Assembly: GCF_018977255.1 (NCBI RefSeq)
Contig: NW_024704742.1
Span: forward strand, 118,856,001 to 118,920,000
Length of the DNA: 64,000 nucleotides
From: Callorhinchus milii
Lineage: Eukaryota
Direction: 5' to 3'
The notes under the pieces: generated by a model
What the model was told of the DNA's origin: nothing
Database searches by the model: none
The model's input: the letters and a program-made list of their open reading frames with translations, nothing else
Translations under genes and position numbers: made by a program
Shown here: positions 48,201-61,600 of the stretch, piece after piece
Layout of the letters: each line of letters begins with the position of its first letter
Position numbering within the stretch: position 1 is the first letter of the stretch

Positions 48201-49472
48201 CGTTTGTGTTGCATAGAGAATCAGAACATATTCAACCCAAAGTTACTGACTTGGTCTGGTTTTGATGCTACTGTCATGGCGCTTTTTTAAAAAAATCTGA
48301 CAGTTTTGAAAGCTTTTAAACTAAAATGTACTGAAATTGATGCCAAGGTTTACATGCTTCCAACCCCCACTGGGATTTTCCGATGTTTAACCAGCGTGGA
48401 AGACGAGGCACAAAGGGATGCATTCCAAATAGTCATTTCTATTTAACTTCAAGTCGATCGTTTGTAATAATTATGTCCAGTCGTCTTTCTCCTAATTTAT
48501 ACACACTGCATAAAGTTTGAAGCTTGGCCATGGTGCCTAAAGTCCACTTTGTACTACATTATCTGTCAGATATACATAGGAATCCCATTTATTTGCTGGA
48601 TTTTTTTTAAAAATGCTGTTTTATTGTATTTCAATATCCCAAGCCCTCGGTTTTCCTTTTCAGTCTAACAGGGCCAGAAACTGGGGAATCCCACTAATAG
48701 GCATTATATCAGGTTCACAGTGGAAATTATATAGAATCCAACTTGCCTACAAAAGAGCCAGTTATATCTTTGTGGACTAGGTCAGATGAAAATTGGGAAT
48801 CCAGTAGCAACTTGGTTGTATCTTTGTGGCATGTACTTAAATTGGATGGAGTTTACTTTCCAAAGAGATCAATCTCAGATAACTAACACCAGCCAGTTAT
48901 TTGACACCCATTTGTTTACTTGACAAATATCAATGATCACACTGTTTCTGCTCATATACATTGTATTCTGGTACACTATATAAGAGAATTTCAATATTTA
49001 ATATGTATCAAACCTTACAAAAAGGCCACATTCCTTATCTTTACTATTATGGCCTTGATTCAAGCTGATACGCAAACATCATCCAGGTGAACTTCCAGAT
49101 ACCACCTTTCAGACAATGTTTTTGCACCCTTCCCTATACTTAATACACTAGACCTTCAGAACACCATTGAAGTCTACAAGTCTGTGGGACATCCTGAGCT
49201 ACCAGTCAATGGCAGGCTGACTCCCAAACAAACATGCAGTTACTGTCTAGGCACATTTTCACCTTAATCAACTTTCAAAACCTGTCAAAATGCAATTAAA
49301 TGTATAAAACTGCTGCCGACGGGAACCAGTGACTAATTTAAAAAAGGTCCATAGCTAAATAGTTTGATGGACAGTTTGAACGATGGCATCGGGCAACAGA
49401 GCAGGTACTCATCATGAAAAATGAACACAAGGAAGGGGTAATGGGGAACTAGAGTTTAGGAATGTTGAAATT

Positions 49473-49623
49473 TTATGCCGTAAACTCGCGCTGTGGGCAG
49501 CACATGGGGGCAATAAGAGTCCAGGCGAACAACACAATACATATCCAGCAGGAGGCCATCTTAATCCAGAAGGTGGACCAGTTCCCACGAACAAAAAGCT
49601 TTTCCAATGCAGCGGTGTCATAG
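49473..49623 (-). CDS. SERINC5: SERINC5 last coding exon (final TM helix)
   Basis: cacag|C TAT GAC...GCA TAA; 151 nt. Confidence 0.95.
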
Positions 49624-52600
49624 CTGTGAAAAAAAAACATGGGTGAATCGGGGGCCGTGCCTTCAGCCACTACGCTCCGAAACTCTGGAACTCTCTCCCT
49701 CAATCCCTCCACCTTGTTCCATCCCTCCACACTTTCAAATCCTGCCTAAAGACCTTCCTTTTTGATTGCGCTTAAACTGTCACATCCCCCCCTTCCTCTC
49801 TGGCTTGGGGTCAGACTCCAACATTGTCAAACGCTCTGGGATGCTACCCTGCATGAAGGGCGCTATATAAATGGAAGTTATTGTTATTTAAGGATTCTGA
49901 GGCACTATCTTCAGGGGAGTTAAACATGTATGTTATTTCTGTTTATCTGTAAAAAAAAATCCAAATAGCCTCTAAAGACTCTCATTATAAAGCGTTTTGC
50001 TTATTATTTATTAAAGCAAATTAAGAACATCAGAATTAGGAGCAGGAGTAGGCCATTCGGCCCCTCGTGCCTGCTCCGCCATTCGATAAGATCATGGCTG
50101 ATCTTCAGACCTAACTCTAATTACCTGCCCTGTCCCCATATCCCCTAATCTCTCTATTTTTTAAAAATCTATCAGTCTCAGCCTTGAAAATGTTCCAAGG
50201 ACTGAGCATCTACAGCCTTCTGGGGTAGTGAATTCCATAAATTCACTACCCTCTGAGTGAAGAAATGTTTCCTCAACTCTGTTCTAAAAGGCTGACCCTT
50301 AATTTTAAGACTGTGACCCCTGGTTATAGATTCTCCTACCAGGGGAAACAGACCCTCAGTGTCTACTTTATCAGCCCTTTAAGAATCTTATATGTTTCAA
50401 TAAGATCTCCCCTAATTCTTCTGTACTCTAGAGAATACAGCCCTAGTTTATTCAGCCTATCCTCATAGGTCAGTCCCCTCATCCCAGGAACTAACCGAGT
50501 GAATCTACGCTGCACCCCCTCTAGGGCAAGTATGTCCTTTTTTAAATAAGGAGACCAAAACTGCACACAATACTCTAGGTGCGGTCTCACCAAGGCCCTA
50601 TACAGTTGCAGCAAGACTTCCCTACTCTTGTACTCTAAACCTTTTGCAATGAATGCTAACATGCCGTTCGCCTTCTTAGTTGCTTGCTGCACCTGCAAAC
50701 TAACTTTTTGAGACTGGTGTACAAGGACACCCAAATCCCTCTGAACACTAACACTATCTAATCTCTTTCCCCTCTAGAAAATAACCTGTTTTTCTATTTT
50801 TGCAACCTAGGTGAATAACTTCACACTTCCCCACATTAAATTCTATCTGCCACCTACTCGCCCACTCCCCAAGCCTATCTATATTCCGTTGCAATCTTTT
50901 TGCATCATCCTCAGAGCTTACTCTCCCACCTAGTTTAGTGTCATCCGCGAATTTAGATATGTTACATTCAGCGTCCTCGTCTAGATCATTGATGTAAATT
51001 GTAAATAGCTGAGGCCCAAGCACTGATCCTTGTGGCACTCCACTAGTCACATCCTGCCAATTCGAGAATGACCCTATTATCCCTACTCTCTGTTTTCTAC
51101 CCGTTAGCTACCCTTCAATCCATGCTAATATGTTCCCATTAATCCCGTGGGCTTTAACCTTGTGCAATAGCCTTTTGTGTGGCACTTTGTCAAATGCCTT
51201 CTTAAAATCTAAATATACATCTACTGGTTCCCCCTTATCTAACCTGCTAGATACATCTTCAAAAAACTCTAAAAGATTAGTTAAGCATGACTTGACTCTG
51301 CCTAATTTTGTTATGGTCCTCCAGGAATCCGATAACGACATCCTTAATTAAGGACTCAAGAATTTTCCCTACCACTGATGTCAGACTAACTGGTCTATAG
51401 TTCCCCATCTTTTCTCTCCCACCCTTCTTAACTAGTGGTGTTACGTTTGCAATCTTCCAATCAATGGGAACCGTTCCAGAATCCAAAGAATTTTGGAAGA
51501 TCAAAGACAAGCCATCCACTATCTCAGTAGTCACCTCTTTTAAAACCTTAGGATGTAGGCCATCAGGTCCAGGGGATTTATCAGTTTTAAGACCTGACAA
51601 TTTACCTAATACCACATCTTTACTATTATTAATTTCCCCAAGTTGCTCGCTAACATTGTCTTCTTGGTTCCCCTCTATTCTTGGTAGGTTTTCAGTGTCT
51701 TCTAAGGTGAAGGCAGTAGCAAAGTACTTGTTTAATTACTCTGCCATGTCTTTGTCCCCTACTATAATTCCTTCCCTTCTCTGCCTCTAATGGACCCACA
51801 TTTACCTTTGACAGCCTCTTCCTCATTATATATTTGTAAAAATGAATGCACACTCTCTCCCTTAAGGGATGCAACCTGCTTACTGAATCTGAGAGTTTAA
51901 TAACAAAATCCTTCCATTTGAATATAGACCTTATTACGTCTTCGAGACGTCTCAAAGTGCTTCACAGAATATACTGTAAAGTGAATTAACTGTATATTTT
52001 GTGGATGAAATGATACAGATGTAGATTGGCAGTTCCGTCCACAAATGAGTACATGCAAGAACAGCTAATGGGGAAACTAACAAAAAGGAACCCACTGAAA
52101 GTATTTTTTTTACAGTACAAGTAATTTGTTGAACTGGAATTAAATTCTCCCTCACTTTGAGAAGTGTGTGCATTTTACTTACTTGAACCAGTTAGTTAAG
52201 GTCATCATCACATACAACGAGCCAAGGAAGAAGACAAAGTGGAAGAAAGCGTAGCTGTACACCACGCCTTGCTTTTCATTGTGAATCACTTTCTGAGTTC
52301 CCTTTTCATCTCCGTCCACTTCATAGTTACCTGACAAAGGCAACGGGAGAGGTCAGCGTGAAGGACAAATGTCACGGGAATTTACAAGTACCACACTGGC
52401 TAGGTGGTTTTGATACTTTGTGCATATGAATATTTCTGGTTCATTACTACAAGAGCTCATCTCTCCAACTCACAGGCCAGTGCTGCATGAGGAGTGAAAT
52501 CTTTTAAAGGGAACTTTTTTTGTTAACTCAATATTATTAATATCCCAACATGTCCCACAAGGTTCTTATTCAAGTCCTCCAGATGTTTAATGACAGCGGG

Positions 52601-55600
52601 AAACAAAAAACAGAGATTTACCACCCGAACATCCTCAATATATTCATTACTAAAACCATACCCCACTCCTCCCGGTCAGCTACTAAATCTAATTCACTCA
52701 GTTCCTTTCTTTAAACAATGAAACAACATAAATACCATTCCAAAATCTCATAAATCTGGATTCATTACTACTGTAAAAATCCAAATAGCCTCTAAAGACT
52801 CCATCATAAAATGGTTCACCTGTTATTTATTAAAGCAAATTAATAATAATAATCGTTGCATTTGATATAGCGCTTTTCACGTCGGGAGGACGTCCCAAAG
52901 CGCTTCACAGAACACACTGTAAAGTGAATTGACTGTATATTTGTGGGCGAACGCGGCAGCCAATTGCGCACAGCAATGTCCCACAAACAGTCGTAGATTG
53001 AAAATGACCAATTTATTATTGTTTTTGGTTTTGGAGGGATTATTATTAGGCGTGTGGAGTAAGGAAACTTGCCCAAGGTTTCGCCCTCTGCCTGGAATTG
53101 AACTCAGGTCTCTCACTTGCAAAGCGAGTGCTCTAACCACTGAGCTACAGGACTCCACATAATGTCTGCACATAATCCCTAGCCACCAGGAAAATGGATA
53201 TACTGGGTGCATACATACATCACACACAATGATAGAATAATTGAATACAATGAGTTACTGTTAATTGGGGGAACACAGAAGGGGAATTTTGTTTTCAAAC
53301 CAACAATGGAAACTGTCCTCCTGGAGCGGAGGTGGGGGTGGGGATGGGGGTGGAGATAAGATATGAGGGTTTCCTTTGAGCTGACTCTCAATGGCAAGCG
53401 GTTTTAGCTGATTGAACTCAAGCAGTTCCCCAGTGCACACTCAGGGAGTGCCCAAGCCTTGTTTTGCACCAACCTGGGCCTAATATTCTTTAGAATTAGG
53501 TAAGCAGGGTTCGTCCTACCAGGGATTTCATTCCAGACAATGAGAAATTTTCATGCGTATGATGGTGTATCAGCTCTTAAGCACGGTGATAGATTTCCAT
53601 AGTATGACACCCTGCTAACCAGAAAATTACAACTCACCTTCCTCATCTGGAGTGAAACAGAAGCAGCATCGAGCTTCCTGCAAAACAAAGAGTTCAATTC
53701 ACAGTAGATCTATGGACACTGCAATTCCATTGAGATGCGCATGAACCATGATCGTGGATTGACAGAAAGCTATTGGCACTAAAATTTCTCTGTTTCAAAG
53801 CACCTAATCATAGATAATTGGGAGTTATAGGAATATAGGACACACAAAGAGGAGGCCATCCAATCCACCCAGCCTCTCGCCACCAAGTTTATTAGATTAG
53901 GCAGATCCCATTCCAAACACAACTATATTTCCATATGAAGGTGACATCCTAAGCAGAACCCTCTGGTTTGGATCCTCTTATGTATAGTGATGTGTTTCTG
54001 TATGCACATATGTACATGTCATGTACTGCTGGCCAAATAAATCTGCCTACTTTTGCTTCTATGGGGGGTGGGGGGGGGCGGGGCTGCTGGAATAATAATA
54101 ATAATTCTTGCATTTAATGTAACGCCTTATCACGTCTTCGAGACATCTCAACGCGCTTCACAAAATATACTGGAAAGTATAGTGACTGTATATTTTGTGG
54201 GCAAAACACAGCAGCCAATTGTGCCCAGCTGTGCCCACAAACATTTGTGGATTGAGTGAACAGATTATTATTTATATATTTTTAAGGGATTATTAACTCC
54301 GGAAAAACAACCTGCAAATCAACTAACAACTAGGTTCCTACTTACTGCTAGGTAAACAGAGGCATGTGGAATAAGGAAATTTGACCAACGTTTTACCCTG
54401 CCCAAAAATAATCCAGGGAAATAAAGGTTTCCTGATGTGTAGGTCTTCAGGAAGAAAAGACAATCTTCCTGATTGTCAAGGAATTGACACCTACCAGCCT
54501 TAGGTGCAAGCCACAAACTATTATTACTTGCTTCAATTAACATATCTCACAACTCCATCTGTGGAGTGTTGTGTTGCGATACCTTGTGTGCTGTGGAGGG
54601 GGTGGGGGAGCAAGAAGAGATCTCAATCCCCCAGGGCCAAAGCTAACACGAATTGCTTGAGAGGCTGCAGGCTGACAGTCAGACTTCTCTATAATGTACC
54701 TTATCTTCATGTGTAGGAGAACTGCAAAACTTGACTTGCTGTGTGCCATGCATTCACACTATATTCTATAATAATCCTTGCATTTGATATAGTGCTTTTT
54801 CGCGTCTTCCAGACGTCTCAAAGCTCTTCATAAAATAGACTGTAAAGTGAAATGACCATATATTTGTGGGCGAAACATGGCAGCCAATTGCACACAGCAG
54901 TGTGCCACAAACAGCCATGGATTGAAAATGATCAATTTATTATTGTTTTGTTTTGGAGGAATTATTAGGCGTGTGGAGTAAGGAAACTTGCCCAAGGTTT
55001 CGCCCTGCCTGGAATTGAACTCATGTGTCTCGCTTGTAAGGCGAGTGCTCTAACCACTGAGCTACAGGACTCCACTGATGTACTTCACTTCAAGTGCTTC
55101 AAGATGCATCAGTACATGGACTGTATTCTCTCATACAGTCACCATTCTTTACAGAACTGGAGTCCAATCTTAACTTTGGATCCAGACTGAGAATTGTCAT
55201 TTTAGTCTGTGTTAAAATGATTCATGTTTTATGACACAAGATCACAAGATCTTATATCATAAAAGACAAATGGGTGAAGGCCATTTGGTTCACCTTATCT
55301 CATTCTTTGAGAATACTCATGTTATTGTGCTCTCATCACAGCATTAAGCTGCTATTTAAACAGGATCTGGCAACCTATTCCAGTCATTAATTACCCTATG
55401 TGTAAAGAAAGACTTCTTATGTCTGTCCTGAAATTGTCCTTTGCAACTCTAAACCTATGTCATCTTGTTCTGCTGTCTTGATGCATCCTAAAATACTGTT
55501 CTAGGTTTACGTTTTCAATGCCATCTAAAATAAGTCACACCTCTATAAGGTCCCTTCTGTCGCCCCTTCTCTCAAGACTGAGAATGTGATAAACATCCTG

Positions 55601-58600
55601 TAGGCCCACAATGTGCATGACACAAGATAAATGTAAACAGACCACATCATTTATCTATATTCTGTACTTTCTGGTGGGGAGGAAAGAGAAAAACAAATTC
55701 ATACTTCATAGATTTTAACTACGGGTTACGGTTGAGAGAAAAAATGTCACAATGGGTTAGAAACCATGGAAACCTGTCTCAACTCGTTCTCAACATCTGC
55801 ACTGTAAAGCTATATTCTCTGAAATATCATCACCCTTTACAGAAAAACTTTGAAGCGCTTCAAGATGTATCAGTACAACAAGCCTAAATTAAATGCAAGA
55901 TTATTATTTATCTTCACAGATATTAAAATTGGATTCAACCACTTACAGTGAAAGGAGACTAGGAATCCTGTATAAACAACATCACTATTTTATCTGGGCA
56001 AATGGAACTGGAACATAAAATATTTTACAGAACAATAAGTGCCATGTTTGTCTACAAATACAGTCATTACATTTTGCAGTAAAACATGAATGACATGATA
56101 AGGTGGTAGATCAAACATTAGTATTAGTTTATGTTGTTGAGGTAGAGAAGCAGGTTTGTCTAGGACACCCAAACTGCACACGAGATGGGAATTCTTAAAA
56201 CCATGTTGAGTTACAGCACATTTCCCAGCACTGCTATCCATCACTTTGAGTTAGCACACCAGAGATTGAATACGTTGTTAAAATCATTGAAAGACTTTGT
56301 AGCGTATTAAAGTTCATGGAATGCGGGGACACTGGATGTGTTCAAAAAGCAGAGTACAGTAGGGTGGGTATTCTGGAAGGATGAGATAAAATAGACCAAA
56401 CAGCTTTTCAATGTGTGATCTTCAGATTGCAGTGACAACACAGGAAGCAGCAGGTTAGAATCGATGACATGAAGCTCTGCTCTTCAGCTCATTAGGCACA
56501 AACTGGTCAGAGCACATTTAACTCTCAGCCTAACATTTCAGTTACATTTAAGGTGACTCAAGTAGCAGGATTTTTTTAATTAATAAAACAGCATCATTAA
56601 AAACATATCAGGCACCTCAGTGTGGGCAGACCTCAAGTATGTAAACTGTGGATTATGCAACTACAGTGTAAAGGCCACAACAGGAGTACCTTACTAGAAT
56701 CTGGCACTAATGCTGACTTTGAGGGGGGTTTGCTCAGCATTCTCCTAAAGGCATTTGATTCATTTTCTCTTTCAGTCAAGTGCATTGCCAGACTCTGCTC
56801 CCTTGCCAGTAGTTTGCCCATTATTAACGCGCGGGTCTTGACTGGTTTCCTGGCTCATATTAACTACAGCGAGAACAGTAGCAAACCCAAGGTCTTTAAA
56901 ATTATGAGGGGTTTTGATAGAGTCAATTGGAAGAAATTATTTTCATTGGTCGGTGAGTCAGTGACTAGAGGGCATCAATTTAAGTTAGTTAGTAAACGAG
57001 CAAATGGGGAGATTAAGAGAAGTGAACCATGGGCCAACAACAACAACAATTTGCAACTATATAGCTCCCTTCGTGCCGGTAGGGTCTCAAAGCACTTAAT
57101 AGTTGTGGAGTTTGATGGCGAGCCAGGGAGAGTGGGGGAGGTGAAAGTAGGCCCAGTTGAAGAGGAAGGTCTTCAGTGAGGGAGCAAAACAGCTCTCAAC
57201 AAAAACGGTTTAAATGCAAACCTTCAGGATCAATCTGCCTCGTAATTTTAAATCTAGCCGCTTCAGATTCAGAAAAGAGTTATTCCCACTCAGACCTCAG
57301 ATAGTTACTCACCGTTGGTTTTACGATTGGGGTTCTGCTTACTCCCAGAGCTGCTGAGCTGGAGCGAGTTGTGGAGCTTAAACTGAAAACAAATTTAAAA
57401 ATCTTAAAATAGTACAGTGATTTAAGTATCTTGTAGGAATCAGGCATCTTTTAATTTAACACAAAAATGCTAATATTTTGCCCCTCCTCCCCAACCCCCA
57501 GACCAACCCTGTCAGGTGTTTACCAGGTTACATCAGCTAAACAAACCCAATGTAAGAAATCACACCCCAATAGCCTGTAAGGTCATTTTTCTTATAATTT
57601 CAAAGATTGCACTGAACTGTGGAAAATTCTTAAATTTTATCTCTGCCCTGCAGAAAACCAGCTTCCAATTTAAGGCTGAATTGAAGAATTTTCTATAATC
57701 TCCGCAATATTTTTAAGACAAAATGGTGCTGCAAGCTAAGATCAGGTAGAATTTCAGGCCTGCATAGTACAAATGTTCTCCACAAGCCTAGGCATAACAG
57801 TGAAAGCTCACCACTATTCTTTGGGATTGTAATCAGTATCAGTTTCAACCAGGAAGAAACAAAGACAAGAAATAATGGCCTGAATAATAAGCTATCCTAA
57901 ACACTGATAATAATAGGTTTAAATAGATTTACATAAACTGTACAGCACAGAAACAAGGCCTTTCAGCTTAACTAGTCTGTGCCAGTGCTTATACGCCCAT
58001 TCGTTACTCATTCCTATACGTTTCTACTCCCCTCTCCCAAATGTGAATAAAGAGAGACTAGTTTGGTAAATTGTCCAGTAATGTACAGTCTATCCAAATC
58101 TATTTAAACATATTATTATTATCGGTGTTTAGGATAACTTACTATTCAGGCCACTATTTCTTATCTTTTTTTCTAGCTTCCTCTTAAATTCATCTATACT
58201 ATCTGCTTCAACCACCACTTCAGGCAGCGAGTTCCACATGCTGGCTACTCTCTGCTTGAAGAAGTCATCCTTTTATTTGATTTAGCGCCTTATCACATTG
58301 TCGAAGTGTCTCAAAGTGCTTAACAGGGTTTTGATTTACTGTGAAGTGCAGTGACTGCATTTGTAGACAAACACGGCAGCCAACTTGCACACAATAAAAT
58401 CCCTCAAACACGGATGATAGTAATCTATCTTTACCATCATAAGGCGAGGTTCCACCGTATGATTTTCTTAAACTAAAAATGCAACAAATTCCTGGCGTGC
58501 AAACATCTCCTTTTGTAACACTGATTACATATTTCCCTTCCTTGTTGTTCAGCTGATGTATTTTTAGAACTCTCCATCACAGCCCCACTATAAGTCATTA

Positions 58601-61600
58601 ATCTGTCTGCAATTTGAGAGATTACAACCAGCTCCACTCTGCTTTCAAACTCTCCACTAATTAGTCATCTGTAAGAGAACAGCTCGATACAGACATAACT
58701 GTTCTCCTCTCAAAGTTGCTTGCTCTCTCTCCGCATGAAAGAGACCACAGTCAGTGCACTCTGACAGAATTTATTCTGGTGCTTGGCTCAAGGACCCAGC
58801 ACTGCAAAAGGGCACAAACTTCTTAATGCTGCATTCAACCCAACTGCAGTTTAAACCGAACAGCAAGCTTTATTTTAAAAGAGTTATTTTCAGACTGTTA
58901 GTCTTCAGTTACTGCCGACAGGGTCTATTGGGTGATCAGCAACTGGGTGGAGTGGGGGAAGGAATGACACTGAACTCAAAAAGGTCTAAAATGCAGCTTT
59001 CAGTGCTTAAGAATGTGCCTTGCAGCATCATAAGTTAAAGTGCAACATGTCAGAATTGCTGGTACAAACAGTTGCAAACAGGAATGTTGTAAACGCCGGT
59101 CCATTCAAAACCATTGCTATATTTAACTGGCTGGTCCTCTCTCTACCCTTTTGATACCTGGAGGTGACATGCAAGTGACTACAGGCTGTGGCTATCAAAA
59201 CTGGTCTCATAACCATATGCCTTGCTGGATAATCCTGGACATAGCGTCACCCTGGCTCAGTTGGTAGCTCTCACCTCAGAGTCGAAAATTTGTGGGTTCA
59301 AGCCCCACAGTGAGACTTTGAACTCACAGTCCAGGCTGACATTTCAACACAGTGCTGGAGGAGCACCGCATTGTTGGAGGTGCCGTCCTTTGGATGAGAC
59401 ATTAAACCAATGCTAAAGATCCCATGACCCAATTTGAGAAGAGATGGAAGTTCGCCCTGATGTGCTGGCCAACAATTCTCCAAATAAAATTGGTCAATCA
59501 CCTCATGGCTGTTTATGGGACATTGCTATACGCACGTTGGCTGCTTTATGCATCTAATAATATACACAGTCTCTAACCTTTACAGTATAATCCTGCAAAG
59601 CATTTTGAGACATCCACATGACATGAAAGGGCTATATCAAATGCAAGGATGATTATTATTATTAATAACCCTAACTGAGCAAAAGTTGATAACATACCAG
59701 GCGTACAGAACACAGCCGTACATGATAATGGCTCCCAGCACAGAAACAAGCTTGTCATCCGTTTGAATACCCTTACCCAAGATCTGAGGAACGCATATTG
59801 TGGTATTGACTCCATCTCTCATAACTGAAGAGAAATTAAAAACAGATGGATTTCAAGGTTTTTTTTGAATCATAGTACAGTAATTCCATCATGGCTTTGA
59901 AACACTTTACTACGCAGCCCACTTTAAAAATTATTTATAATGTTTTGAGCAAAACTGCACACTCACTGTATTCTGCAGGTTTACTAGCCAGTGCAGAGTA
60001 GGTAAGATACATCACGTAACAGCTGATCACTCCTGACTGAAGGAGACCGGAGTTAGGTTTACCTGAGACAGGGAACAAATAGAGAATCCTTTGAAAGAAT
60101 GGTAAGTAGACTACAAATATGGAATGTTCAGAGAAAACATGAACTAAGGTGACACTGCTTGGAAACCTTAACCCAACACTATAAATAGCACTCAAAAGCT
60201 TAGTTTACAGAGGTTTGTTTACCCAGCCGTTCATTTACCTCAGTTATAGGAAATCGACTGGCTGTAACTTTTTCTGGTAGCAGTGTCACTGGCTAACTGT
60301 TTACGCTTTCCTTGACCATTTTAAAAAAACTTGTTTGCTCTGCATTTAAACATGTTGATGCATTACATAAACAGGAATAAACTTAATCCAAGAAGTGCCG
60401 CAAAATTCAGTGAATTTTTATACACAGCAAGTTCAGAAACACCAGTGGGAAAATGAGTCATGTTGCTGTTACAGCGACGTAAATGACTCTGAGCAGATGT
60501 AATGAGTAATTACAAAATCATTTGTAACACTTTGTAGTAAAAGGTGTAAACATTGCACAAGTCTGTGTACACAGAATGCCAGAGAGCCATGGGATATGTG
60601 AAATAACTTTGCTTACTAGACTGGCAGTAACCCAGTCCAGACAGCCTCGTTTATGGAGAGGTCAATCACAGTCCTGTGGATCCATCACACATGCTCAGTG
60701 TCTTTTTTGGGGAATAAAAAACCTAAGTGAATTCATTTTACTGAAGGGAACGTCACTTAAAAAACTGTTCCCGAAAAGGGCCAAGATACATTAGCAATCG
60801 ATGTCTCAATCTGAAGGTGGAGGGTTGCAGATGAAATGGAGTTACAGTTGGATTAGGAAGAGAAACAAAACCAAAGGGCTTTTGTTTCTACATCAGTGTA
60901 CAGAGGATTAGCTTGCGCCATGGCAGGTCAGAATTAGGCATTCTGTCTCACGGATTGTAGGGATATAAGTGCTGACACAGAGGCATCATTTTAGCAAAGA
61001 TTTGTAAGCTCTTGTTCAACAATGTAACAGGAAATTGTCCCCGTTCAATGGAGAGAGTGCTCATTTACCCTCACTGATCCATGTCTGACCGCTCGCCCCT
61101 CTTCCCTCTCCCCCCACATGACACCCCACCACGGACTGAATCTGCAGGTGCAAATAACTTGAATTCTTTCACTTGCACATGACCCAATTACACTCCCAAC
61201 CGGATTGTTTTTTCTTCACACAGTACATTAGGTATTCGTTGCTTTTTCTGCCTTCAGGGAGAGGATCAAAGCACCATTTAGTAAGAGGAACTCTGAATTA
61301 GAACAGTCCCTCTTACTAAAAAAAATGTGTTACGATCCCCTCCACGGTCAGCAGAGCACCAACCAGCACCTTGTTAAGTCATTCTGTTATAAATCCTACG
61401 CTGCTAAATGGCTCCTGTATAATCCTCTGGTTTGTCGAAAAAAATTGGTGATCTTTTGAAACAAAACACAAATGAAAGGTGAGCCACTTTGACAAGGGTG
61501 GAAGGCAATAACAAAAGATCTCTCACAGCTAACAAATCTAATTGGGATTCTTCAGGGCAACGGGAGTTGAGAATCAGTGCTGTTAGGAGGAATGAACCCA

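Noticed and set aside
56622..57179. 185-aa ORF antisense within a SERINC5 intron
   Set aside because: Patchwork of unique sequence, a CR1 fragment ([11 protein letters not shown]) and an L2 tail; non-ATG start
52325..60064. SERINC5 exons starting with GTAA after cag as recursive splice sites
   Set aside because: Explained by Gly/Arg codons at phase-1 junctions; introns are short
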